A DNA stretch of 64,000 nucleotides, taken from the IMG/VR virus record IMGVR_UViG_3300010429_000387, positions 224,001 through 288,000 of that record. One strand, given 5' to 3'. Source of the DNA: a virus (taxonomy: Duplodnaviria > Caudoviricetes). A program made the position numbers and the translations under genes. Positions within the stretch are counted from its first letter, which is position 1; the number at the start of each line of letters is the position of its first letter. The notes under the pieces are model-generated. The model was not told the DNA's origin, ran no database searches, and saw only the letters and a list, made by a program, of their open reading frames with translations. Below are positions 47,644 to 56,060 of the stretch, one piece after another.

Positions 47644-47988
47644 ATGCCCTTCTACTCCTTCAAGGTTCGGTCCCAAGGGGAGGTGGTTCTACCCACCTAC
47701 ATGCTAGCCCTGGGTGAAGGTGTTGACGTTTTCAACGCAACAGTCAACGATCTTGATGAGTTCAAACAGTCTCTCCTCTTAGAGGGGGTTGAAGTCCTTG
47801 AGGTGAACCAACTCGATGCCTTGGACCAGGTACCGCCAGACCCAGCGGTTCAGGCAGCCCTCTCAGGAAGAATCCCTCCAGAGCTTGTAGCCCTAGGCTA
47901 TGACCCTTTGATCGAGGAGAGCGACCATGGAGCACTGGTTCAACAAGAAGAAGCCCTCCTGGGAAGAGCAGAAGTCCAACCTTCTTGA
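47644..47988 (+). CDS. hypothetical acidic protein
   Basis: ATG 47644 chosen to avoid overlap; start uncertain. Confidence 0.5.
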   Translation: MPFYSFKVRSQGEVVLPTYMLALGEGVDVFNATVNDLDEFKQSLLLEGVEVLEVNQLDALDQVPPDPAVQAALSGRIPPELVALGYDPLIEESDHGALVQQEEALLGRAEVQPS

Positions 47989-48172
47989 GACTTTCTTCCG
48001 GGAGCCAAGCTACGTCTTGGTTGGTCCAGTAGCAGTCCACCTTCAGTGTTCCCTCAAAGAAGCAGAAAACGCCCTAGATCAGCTAGTTGAAGAAGGGCAC
48101 ATCAGGTACCTGACCCAGCCTGAGCTGAAAGTGAAGGGGTACTTGCACGGGTACACCAAGAAAACGGTGTAG
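47927..48172 (+). CDS. small winged-helix-like protein
   Basis: VAVHLQCSLKEAENALDQLVEEGHI pattern; GAGGAG upstream. Confidence 0.5.
   Translation: MEHWFNKKKPSWEEQKSNLLETFFREPSYVLVGPVAVHLQCSLKEAENALDQLVEEGHIRYLTQPELKVKGYLHGYTKKTV
48165..48171 (+). promoter_or_regulatory. CGGTGTA promoter motif
   Basis: 9 nt upstream of ATG 48181; no SD. Confidence 0.6.
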
Positions 48173-48180
48173 ATCCCCGT

Positions 48181-48480
48181 ATGGGGCTCCGGAAGCACAA
48201 GCAAGTCCTCACGCTTTCCCTTCAGCTCTACCAACGGGTGGGCCTTCTGACGGCTGAAGAGGCCGAGGGGTTCCGGCTCATGTACGCACGGGCCAGGACC
48301 CCAGCGGAACAGGAGCAGGTTCGAGCAGCCCTCGACCACCGATTCCACGGATGGAAGACCGAGCAGGACCGGTTCTCGAAGGTCCTTCGTGATGACGTTC
48401 TGGGGGATGACGAGGATGAGGACCCGCCTGAGCTGAGGGAGGCTTTGGAGCGTTCGAGGGTCCGCTTCGGTGTAGGGTGA
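48181..48480 (+). CDS. hypothetical protein
   Basis: 99 aa, motif-preceded; contains DRFSKVLRDD. Confidence 0.6.
   Translation: MGLRKHKQVLTLSLQLYQRVGLLTAEEAEGFRLMYARARTPAEQEQVRAALDHRFHGWKTEQDRFSKVLRDDVLGDDEDEDPPELREALERSRVRFGVG
48468..48474 (+). promoter_or_regulatory. CGGTGTA promoter motif
   Basis: 11 nt upstream of ATG 48486. Confidence 0.55.
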
Positions 48481-48485
48481 GGGGC

Positions 48486-49031
48486 ATGGTAAAGCCCCGT
48501 TTTCTTGTGGATGCTGACGAAGTTCTGTTCGACCTCCAAGGTCCTGTTTTGGACATCATGGCGGAGGTGACGGGGCGTCAGTACCGACCCGAAGACTTCG
48601 AGGTCTGGGACCTCTTCTCCGTTCTCACAGAGGTCGAGAAGGCTAGGGTCTTTGACCGGATGGATGCACCTGGTTTCTGTGACTCGCTTCAACCCTTTCC
48701 CGAGGCTGTAGCGGCACTTGAAAGGGTCCGAAGGCACGCTGAGGTGATTGCGGTCACGAGCCCGTATCACGGACCTCTGTGGGTCTACGAACGGAGCAAC
48801 AGTCTCAAGCGGCACTTCGGCTTCGCCAAGAACCAGGTTGTCCACACCTCGGCCAAGTACCTCGTTCGGGGGGCCTTCTTCCTGGATGACAAGCCAGAAC
48901 ACGTCACTTCTTGGGCGGCTGAGAACCCAGAGGGTTGCTCGATGCTCTGGCACACCCCCAACACCAGGACTCTCGGGCTTGACCATCTTCGGGTCTTCTC
49001 CTGGGACCAAGTCCTGGCAAAGGTTGCCTGA
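48486..49031 (+). CDS. HAD-family 5'(3')-deoxyribonucleotidase (NT5C-like)
   Basis: VDADEVL, VTSP, K and FLDDKPEH motifs. Confidence 0.85.
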   Translation: MVKPRFLVDADEVLFDLQGPVLDIMAEVTGRQYRPEDFEVWDLFSVLTEVEKARVFDRMDAPGFCDSLQPFPEAVAALERVRRHAEVIAVTSPYHGPLWVYERSNSLKRHFGFAKNQVVHTSAKYLVRGAFFLDDKPEHVTSWAAENPEGCSMLWHTPNTRTLGLDHLRVFSWDQVLAKVA

Positions 49032-49786
49032 TGCCACTCCCCCACATCAGAACAGGCATTGCCGAGCTTGATGTTGCCCTGGGTACCGAGTGTCCAGGGT
49101 TCCCTCGGGGGGCCTTGACCCTTATTTGTGGCGGGGTTGGAACCGGGAAGTCAACTCTGGTCCGGCATCTGGCCCACTATGCAGCAACCATAGGGCACCA
49201 ACGGGTGCTCTTCTGTGATGCTGAGGGGAACCCGCCAGGCCGACATTCAAGTCTCATCCGTGAGGTAGGGGTTGATGGTCCAGTCGATGTTGTTCCAGGT
49301 TCATACACTTCTCCTTTTGATTATCAACAACCAAGTGACCTGGTGGGGCTATTCAATGCCATCCGAGCTTCAGTTCACCTGTATGACCTCATCATAGCGG
49401 ATGCCGTCAGCGTTCTAGGGTTGCCTCCAACTCCAGGGCAGGCTCCACAGATTGCGGCTAGGTCTAGGTTTCTCGGGTCGGCTATTCAGGGGTTGCGGTT
49501 GGAGAACTGTGCCCTGGTGATGGTCTTCCAGAGCCCGAGGAGTGGTCCTTTGGATCGGGGAGTCAACTCCCAACTTGTGACCCACCATGCCCGGCTGATC
49601 CTCGACCTTAGTGGGTTCACCGAAGGGGTGTACTCAGCACACATCGCCAAGGCGACCTGGCCGGTACAGGACGAGGAGTTCGGGTTCCGATATGGGGGTC
49701 CGAGTCAAGTCATTGCCGTCCCAAAGGCCAAGCCCATCGACCGATCCAAAATCCCCACCCGCTTCAACCGAGAGGATCCCCTATGA
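49031..49786 (+). CDS. RecA/RadA/KaiC-superfamily ATPase
   Basis: TGIAELDVALG...GFPRG...GGVGTGKS and LIIAD; ends PTRFNREDPL. Confidence 0.75.
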   Translation: MPLPHIRTGIAELDVALGTECPGFPRGALTLICGGVGTGKSTLVRHLAHYAATIGHQRVLFCDAEGNPPGRHSSLIREVGVDGPVDVVPGSYTSPFDYQQPSDLVGLFNAIRASVHLYDLIIADAVSVLGLPPTPGQAPQIAARSRFLGSAIQGLRLENCALVMVFQSPRSGPLDRGVNSQLVTHHARLILDLSGFTEGVYSAHIAKATWPVQDEEFGFRYGGPSQVIAVPKAKPIDRSKIPTRFNREDPL

Positions 49787-50946
49787 AACAGTACCTCGAC
49801 CTCGTTCGTCACGTCCTTGCCCTGGGTACCAGGAAGGAGAACCGGACAGGCGTTGACACCCTCAGTTGCTTCAACTTCAACTACTCCCACGACATGAGTC
49901 AGGGGTTCCCCCTGCTCACAACCAAGTCGATTTCGTGGAAGAACATCGTCATCGAGAACCTGTGGTTCCTTTCCGGGCAGACCGATATTTCGATTCTCAA
50001 GCGTCATGGCTGCAAGTTCTGGGACCCTTGGGCGGATGAGAACGGCAAGGTCCCGAGCGCCTACGGGAACTTCTGGAGGCACTTCCCGGTTCACGGCTCG
50101 GATATGGTCGAGCAGGACTTCGACCCGGCTGGCCCAAGGGAGGTCCCGGTGGGTTGCTACAACGACCAGATCCGGTGGGTCCTCGAAGAGATGCGTCGGA
50201 ACCCGATGAGCCGACGCATGGTGGTCTCTGCCTGGGCACCAGGGAACGCTCAGACCTCGAAGCTGCCCCCCTGCCACTGCCTGTACGTCTTCAACGTCCA
50301 GATGGATGAGCCGGGCTATGGGGAGGACCCCTGGGAGGCTGTGGCTAGCTCCCACTGTGGGACGGAGCACCTCGGAGTCGTTTGGGCCAAGTCTCAGAAC
50401 GAAGCCTACGAGAAGGCCCTGGCGAAGTTCGGCCCCCAGCCAGAGGGGATGCCTGACGGGGAGAGCATTGATGCCCTGGTGGTCCGGAAGCCCATGGCTC
50501 ACAACGAGGAGCGGTACCGGAAGGAGCGTGGGGACAAGCCCAAGGATCCAGTCAAGAAGCTCTGCCTTCACTTGACCCAGAGAAGCTGTGACATCGCCCT
50601 CGGGGTTCCCTACAACCTGGCTGGGTACGCCTTCTTGCTCCAGCTCTTTGCCCAGATGAGCGGGATCGAGGTGGGGACGTTCGGTCACACCCTCATCGAC
50701 GCTCACATCTACACGGCCAAGCCAGACGGGACCAAGGCTGAGTTCGACCACGTTCCTGGCCTTCGTCAACAGCTTCAGAGGGAGCCCAAGGCGCTCCCAA
50801 AGCTCATTATCGATCCGGCCATCAAGGACCTGACGGACATCGAAGCCCTGATGGACCCCAAGGTCACGACGGAGGAGATCATGAGCCACTTCACTCTGGA
50901 AGGCTACGAACCCCACCCGGCCATCAACTTCAAGGTGGCCGTCTGA
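49783..50946 (+). CDS. thyA: thymidylate synthase with internal insertion
   Basis: NRTGV, FPLLTTK, SRR, LPPCH, QRSCD, VPYN and DAHIY motifs. Confidence 0.93.
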   Translation: MKQYLDLVRHVLALGTRKENRTGVDTLSCFNFNYSHDMSQGFPLLTTKSISWKNIVIENLWFLSGQTDISILKRHGCKFWDPWADENGKVPSAYGNFWRHFPVHGSDMVEQDFDPAGPREVPVGCYNDQIRWVLEEMRRNPMSRRMVVSAWAPGNAQTSKLPPCHCLYVFNVQMDEPGYGEDPWEAVASSHCGTEHLGVVWAKSQNEAYEKALAKFGPQPEGMPDGESIDALVVRKPMAHNEERYRKERGDKPKDPVKKLCLHLTQRSCDIALGVPYNLAGYAFLLQLFAQMSGIEVGTFGHTLIDAHIYTAKPDGTKAEFDHVPGLRQQLQREPKALPKLIIDPAIKDLTDIEALMDPKVTTEEIMSHFTLEGYEPHPAINFKVAV

Positions 50947-50951
50947 GGCAC

Positions 50952-51320
50952 ATGAAACAAGCCAGGATGCTGCATGAAGCCATCTCGGCCGCCAATCGTG
51001 GTGAGCGGGTGATTGTGACCGCTCACCACACGAGCCGAGCCCTTTGGATCAAGGGTGAGGCTCGCAAGGCGGTAGCCAATGCCCTCCTCCAACAGGAGGG
51101 TCAGGACTTCATGCGGTTCAAGTCTGGCGGAGAAATTCGATTCTTCGCCCACACCAAAGAGGAAAAGCTCCGAGGCTTCAGGGGTAAGGTCTACCAGATT
51201 CAAGTAGATAGCCCCTATGATGAGGGAGACTCTCTTGAGGACTGGGAGCTGGACTCAAGGTACCTTCCCCCGAGTGGGCCGCACCCAAGTAGGTTCGAGA
51301 GGATTCTGAATGAAGACTGA
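50952..51320 (+). CDS. hypothetical protein with C-terminal PSRFER tag
   Basis: 122 aa between thyA and folA; GAGG upstream. Confidence 0.65.
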   Translation: MKQARMLHEAISAANRGERVIVTAHHTSRALWIKGEARKAVANALLQQEGQDFMRFKSGGEIRFFAHTKEEKLRGFRGKVYQIQVDSPYDEGDSLEDWELDSRYLPPSGPHPSRFERILNED

Positions 51321-51849
51321 TCCCCCTCGTATCATCGTTGCGATCAACCCTCAGGGTGTCATCGCAGTAAATGGTCAGATGCCATGGAAGAAGCCCGAGG
51401 ACCTGAAGCGCTTCAAGAAGGTCACGATGGGGTCAACGATCATCATGGGTCGAAAGACTTGGGATTCGATTGGACGTAGGTTCCTTCCGGGGAGGCGGAC
51501 CCTGGTTCTCAGTCGGACCCACCAGCCAGACGTGGTGACAGCACCCTCCTTGGAAGAAGGGCTGAAGAAGGCTCGTGACCTGGATTGGGCCAATGGCACT
51601 TGGGAGAAGGTTGACTGGTCTGGGAGGGATGTCTGGGTCGTAGGTGGGGCGGAGGTGTATGAGCAGGCATTTCCGTTGGTTGATGAGGTAGACCTCACCT
51701 TGGTCCTGGATTCGGTAGTTGAGTTGAGTCAGCCAAACGTCATCCGGCTCCCCACTTTCGTTTGTGGGATGCCAGGGTTCAAGGTGGTGGAGACCTCAAT
51801 CAACCCCGCCGACACTACTCTTACTCACTGTAGGTATAGGCGCACATGA
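51310..51849 (+). CDS. folA: dihydrofolate reductase
   Basis: MPW..PEDLKRFK, IMGRKTWDSI, LPGR and VVGGAEVY motifs. Confidence 0.92.
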   Translation: MKTDPPRIIVAINPQGVIAVNGQMPWKKPEDLKRFKKVTMGSTIIMGRKTWDSIGRRFLPGRRTLVLSRTHQPDVVTAPSLEEGLKKARDLDWANGTWEKVDWSGRDVWVVGGAEVYEQAFPLVDEVDLTLVLDSVVELSQPNVIRLPTFVCGMPGFKVVETSINPADTTLTHCRYRRT

Positions 51850-52190
51850 AGCACTTCGCAGTTGAAACCTTGGGGAACACAAGCCTCCGTGTGGTCGAGG
51901 CAGTCGTTCGGGCAGCAGCCAGTTCGGGATACTCGTTCTCTCGGATCGAGTCACTTGACCGAACCAAAGTTGGCTCTACCGAGTTCCAGAGGTTTAGAGT
52001 GGGTGCCGACCCCACAGCCCTTCTTGAGGTCCTGTTTTCGGAAGGCCGGGGCACCATCAGCCCAGACTGCCTGGTGCGCTTGAAGTCGAGAAACGGAAAG
52101 GTCCCGTTTACCCTACTCCTTGCTGCCCCGAGGGAGCCGAAGGTTTACCGGGGTCCTGGGGACCCTTACTGGGAGCGTCAGTTCGACTGA
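51846..52190 (+). CDS. hypothetical protein
   Basis: ATGA overlap with folA; ends PYWERQFD. Confidence 0.55.
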   Translation: MKHFAVETLGNTSLRVVEAVVRAAASSGYSFSRIESLDRTKVGSTEFQRFRVGADPTALLEVLFSEGRGTISPDCLVRLKSRNGKVPFTLLLAAPREPKVYRGPGDPYWERQFD

Positions 52191-52195
52191 GAAGG

Positions 52196-52204
52196 TTTCT
52201 ATCA
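52196..52204 (+). promoter_or_regulatory. T-rich putative late-promoter element (TTTCTATCA)
   Basis: Intergenic, heads the 52254-56013 island. Confidence 0.3.
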
Positions 52205-52253
52205 GCCTTGCCTTGGTGACCCATCTGACGACGGTGCCAAGGGAGACCTTCTC

Positions 52254-54032
52254 ATGTTCCTACTGCTAGCTGCTTCCGGTAAGAGAGCCCGTGTTCTGAC
52301 CGCCTCTCTTGGAGACGACATCCTCATCAGCCCCGCTATGGATGAGGCTGATGAACTGGAGGAGGGTCTGGCTGACATCGACGAAGCTATTCGTCGGGAG
52401 AAAAACCCCAGGAGCGGACCCTACTGGCCCAAGATCAGGGCAAAGTTGCTCGAAGAGTCCTCCTCCCAGGACATCGACGAAGCCATCAAGGAATGGGGGC
52501 GAGATGGGCTCCCATACATCTCCCGTGAGTCCTGCCAGCTCTGTGGCAAGACCCCCATCAAGTTCTGCTTCCCGCTCAAGAACCGGATGAACGGGTCCCG
52601 GCTCGTTGTCGGGTGCGAATGCGTCCACAACTACCTTGAGATCGGTGGGTACGAATCTCCGGAAGCCCTCCGGAAGCTCTTGGTCGCTCAGCTCAACATC
52701 CTTCGGAAGAAGGAGAAGGGTGAGGCCACGGACGAGCAGGTGGAAGCTGCTACCAAGGTCTTCGAGATCGAGCACCAGATCCGTAGGCGGATTGCGGTGG
52801 TCTCAGGAGGGGCCACCGACTTCGACATCAAGGAGTACCAGGAGTCGCTCAACAGCGTCATCCTGGTGGCAAATCACCTTGAGGTGAAGGACGCCTCGAT
52901 AGCGGCTGCCCGAAGTGCCATGACTCTCATCAAGCCGGTTCTCTCCTTCATGGAGAAGACACGGGCCAAGCAGAAGTTCGTTGGGTTCGGCATCGGGGTG
53001 CTCACCACCACCATCATGAACCAGCGTAGCCCCGAGAAGAAGGCTGCCAACCTGGAAATCCTTCTCTCTGCGATCAGCAGGCTCTTCGACTGTGGGCTCC
53101 CCTCGGACACCCTTTCCCGAGCCTGGGGTTCGGTCAGTCTTGCCAAGAACAAGCTGGTCGATATCGTGGCAAAGAAGTGCGATACCGGGAAGGCAGAACT
53201 CCTCTCCGACTATCGGAACGAGATTGCCATCACCAAGCCCCATGAGCACCTGAGCTTCATGATCACTCAGGGGATTGATGCTCTCCGAAAGACCTTCGAT
53301 GCCCAACTGGAGAAGGTCAGGGCGGCAGTTGAGGACCCTGACTTCATTGAGAAGATCCAGTCCGAAGCCTCGGTGGTGGCGAAGATCCTCAACTTCAGCT
53401 TCTCCCCGGATCTTGCCAGCTCGGACAATGTCGTTCAACGGAACGCCTACAAGATCATCGAGTTCGTTCAGTCGGTGAACAAGGGCAAGGGTGCCGTTGA
53501 CGTTATCGTGGATGCCATCCAGGGGACCTATGCCTTGGAGGGTGCCATCAAGGACCGGGTTGGGGTGAAGGTCTCCATTCTCCGAGCAGGAGATGATGGG
53601 GTCATCGACCCGGATGTGATGGGTGACGATTCCATCCTCGACTTCGGGAAGCTCATCCGGGCCAGGGACCCCAAGGCCCTGGAGATCGTCCAGAAAGAGG
53701 TTGAGGACGTTGCCCTCTTGGTGAAGAGCACCAACAACCAGAGGGTCTTCGAGCTGATGAGTGACCAGCTCGACTTCGATGTGGAACGTGCGTTCAAGCT
53801 CTACACGGCGACCCCGAACCCCAACTCGAAGTCCCCTACCTTCGAGCTTGACTTCTGCACCTCCATCCTGAGTGATTGGGAAGCTGGTCGCCTGAGCAAG
53901 CTGAGCCCAGCTCGTATGGGCAACATCCAGCGGCAGATCGCCATGAAGGGACGGATGAAGGAAGTCCCCAACTCGATGTGGGAGAAGCTCAAGTCCAGGC
54001 TGACCGCCAAGGCCAAGTCTACCTTCCGCTGA
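52254..54032 (+). CDS. Zn-finger-containing helical protein
   Basis: CQLCGK...NG..LVVGCECV; 592 aa. Confidence 0.75.
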   Translation: MFLLLAASGKRARVLTASLGDDILISPAMDEADELEEGLADIDEAIRREKNPRSGPYWPKIRAKLLEESSSQDIDEAIKEWGRDGLPYISRESCQLCGKTPIKFCFPLKNRMNGSRLVVGCECVHNYLEIGGYESPEALRKLLVAQLNILRKKEKGEATDEQVEAATKVFEIEHQIRRRIAVVSGGATDFDIKEYQESLNSVILVANHLEVKDASIAAARSAMTLIKPVLSFMEKTRAKQKFVGFGIGVLTTTIMNQRSPEKKAANLEILLSAISRLFDCGLPSDTLSRAWGSVSLAKNKLVDIVAKKCDTGKAELLSDYRNEIAITKPHEHLSFMITQGIDALRKTFDAQLEKVRAAVEDPDFIEKIQSEASVVAKILNFSFSPDLASSDNVVQRNAYKIIEFVQSVNKGKGAVDVIVDAIQGTYALEGAIKDRVGVKVSILRAGDDGVIDPDVMGDDSILDFGKLIRARDPKALEIVQKEVEDVALLVKSTNNQRVFELMSDQLDFDVERAFKLYTATPNPNSKSPTFELDFCTSILSDWEAGRLSKLSPARMGNIQRQIAMKGRMKEVPNSMWEKLKSRLTAKAKSTFR

Positions 54033-54042
54033 GGCCAACTCA

Positions 54043-54804
54043 ATGCAAGTTGCAACCATTCAGTTTGCCCCAGTTTTTCGCCAGAAGGCGGAGAATCTAC
54101 GTCGCCTAGCCACCCTGGTCATTCAGGCGGCTGAGGCGGGGGCCAAACTCATCGTACTCCCAGAGCTGGCGACCACAGGCTACACGTACATGAGCAAGGC
54201 GGAAGCGGAAGCTGACGCTGAGGTCATCACGGAGTTCAAGCCCGGTTCGGGTGGACCTACCTCCACCATGAACGTCATGTGGGCACTAGCCAGCAAGTAC
54301 GACATCCACTTGGTTTGGGGCATGGTCCGCAAGGACTATGGGACCGGCAAGGTGTTCAACAGCCAGGTATACCTCGAACCAAGCGGGTACTTCGAGTTCT
54401 ATGACAAGGTGAACCGCTGGGGCAACGACTACATCTGGGCGACCCCTGGGCAGACCAATCCTCCAGTCATCACGGCTGAGGGTCTTGGGGGTCTCCGGGT
54501 GGGGATGCTCATCTGTCGGGACATCCGGGACAAGAAGGACGAGAACTGGAAGAACTTCTACTCCCCTGGGGATGCCGATGTGGTTTGCCTCTCGACCAAC
54601 TGGGGTGACGGGGGTTTCCCAGCGGTCTCCTGGATGGACTTCGTTGAGGACAACAAGGCGACCCTCATCGTCTCCAATCGCTACGGACAGGAAGGTCCGA
54701 ACGACTTTGGGGAGGGTGGAGTCTGTGTCGTCACCAAGAGCGGCGAGGTCCTGTGTGAGGGTCTTGTCTGGAGTTCTGATTGCATCGTCTACGCAGAGGT
54801 TTGA
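54043..54804 (+). CDS. carbon-nitrogen hydrolase (nitrilase superfamily)
   Basis: E-K-C triad motifs LPELA, YDK and ICRD; also NRYGQE. Confidence 0.88.
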   Translation: MQVATIQFAPVFRQKAENLRRLATLVIQAAEAGAKLIVLPELATTGYTYMSKAEAEADAEVITEFKPGSGGPTSTMNVMWALASKYDIHLVWGMVRKDYGTGKVFNSQVYLEPSGYFEFYDKVNRWGNDYIWATPGQTNPPVITAEGLGGLRVGMLICRDIRDKKDENWKNFYSPGDADVVCLSTNWGDGGFPAVSWMDFVEDNKATLIVSNRYGQEGPNDFGEGGVCVVTKSGEVLCEGLVWSSDCIVYAEV

Positions 54805-54805
54805 G

Positions 54806-55066
54806 ATGCCCCACGACTACGACCGTACTACGACTGCCGGTGTGAACTTCAACCAGATGGTTGGCAAGCCTGCTGAGGCGGATGAGGCCCTCACCAAAGC
54901 ATACCAGGCCCTCGTGAACTTCAAGCTGGGCATGGATGCCATGCACGAGATCCCTGCCACCCTGAAGCCTTACTACCAGCAGGTGATGAAGGCCATGGAC
55001 GTGGTGATCAAGGCCCAGAAAGAGTCCTACCAGCTCCGCATGATGATGAGGAAGCTCCCTCTCTGA
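54806..55066 (+). CDS. small helical protein
   Basis: ATG 54806 follows the previous stop (MPHDYDRTTTAG...); 86 aa. Confidence 0.65.
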   Translation: MPHDYDRTTTAGVNFNQMVGKPAEADEALTKAYQALVNFKLGMDAMHEIPATLKPYYQQVMKAMDVVIKAQKESYQLRMMMRKLPL

Positions 55067-56013
55067 TGGACCCGATCACCCTCACCGTCCTTGAGCGCTA
55101 CATCCTAGGGTACCCACCCCCTGGGATGGCTACACGGGTTGCCAGACGCTTCGTAGCTGGTCTGGCTGACCAGCTTCAGAGAATGATGGGCGACCTTCTA
55201 GGGAGCACCCTGGAGGCCAAGAAGGGCAAGGATGTAGCTGAGTGGCTGGAGGCCAACTTCCACTTCCTTGGGACCAAGACCCCCAAGGGCGGGAAGGTGC
55301 TCAAGGACCAGGTGAACAAGCTCCACTGGTTCCTGAAGTTCGGCCTCGGTCAGCAGCAGGATCCGGAGCGGCTTCGCCCTACCATCGAAGCAGCCTGGTC
55401 GGACATCCAGAAAGAGTTGGGTACCCTAGTCAAGCTCTTCTCCGAGGAGGGCGGGAAGGTCGTGCCCAAGGAGATGAAGGTTGGGGCCAACACCTACCTG
55501 AACATCTCGGGGTTCTCCGAAGACCAGCTCACCACCTACATCAAGAGCCTCGAACAGGTCTTCGCTGAGCTGAAGGGCTGGAGGAAGAAGGCCCTGGCCG
55601 GGGGACTCAAGGTTGCCCTGGCGGGACCCTCCGACTTCCGAGGCACCTCGGGCGGGAAATACAAGTCGAGCGAGGACACCCTCTATGTCAGGGCAACCCC
55701 CGCTGTCCTCAAGCGGACCCGTGGTTCCTACGGAGCCTTCGACTACATCATCGTACATGAGCTGGGTCACCGGTACGACTACAAGCGGAAGCCGGGCATA
55801 GACTTCGACCGACCCGAGTGGTGGACCAGCAGGTACAGCCGAACCGAGGGGGAGAGCTTCGCTGAGTTGTTCGCCCTGACCAACTTCGGGATCACCGGGC
55901 AAGGGGACCAGGCGGTCCTCGACAAGTTCGAGGATTACATGACCACTGGAAAGGTTCCCGAGACTGAGCCGGTGGAGCTGCCAGACCACCTGAAGCGGCT
56001 TCTCGGCAAGTAG
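55066..56013 (+). CDS. zincin-like metallopeptidase domain protein
   Basis: HELGH plus downstream ESFAE; N-terminal ATRVARRF tag. Confidence 0.7.
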   Translation: MDPITLTVLERYILGYPPPGMATRVARRFVAGLADQLQRMMGDLLGSTLEAKKGKDVAEWLEANFHFLGTKTPKGGKVLKDQVNKLHWFLKFGLGQQQDPERLRPTIEAAWSDIQKELGTLVKLFSEEGGKVVPKEMKVGANTYLNISGFSEDQLTTYIKSLEQVFAELKGWRKKALAGGLKVALAGPSDFRGTSGGKYKSSEDTLYVRATPAVLKRTRGSYGAFDYIIVHELGHRYDYKRKPGIDFDRPEWWTSRYSRTEGESFAELFALTNFGITGQGDQAVLDKFEDYMTTGKVPETEPVELPDHLKRLLGK

Positions 56014-56044
56014 TGTCGAATCGACCTCTAGTTTCTCGACGTTC

Positions 56045-56051
56045 CGGTGTA
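56045..56051 (+). promoter_or_regulatory. CGGTGTA promoter motif
   Basis: CGGTG-TATGAT, 9 nt upstream of the clpX ATG; no SD. Confidence 0.65.
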
Positions 56052-56060
56052 TGATCGGTC

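Noticed and set aside
49783-50946. ThyA homolog as a base-modifying dCMP hydroxymethylase; insertion as an intein
   Set aside because: It retains the Asn of VPYN and is linked to DHFR; the insert lacks Cys/Ser-start and HN-end intein motifs.
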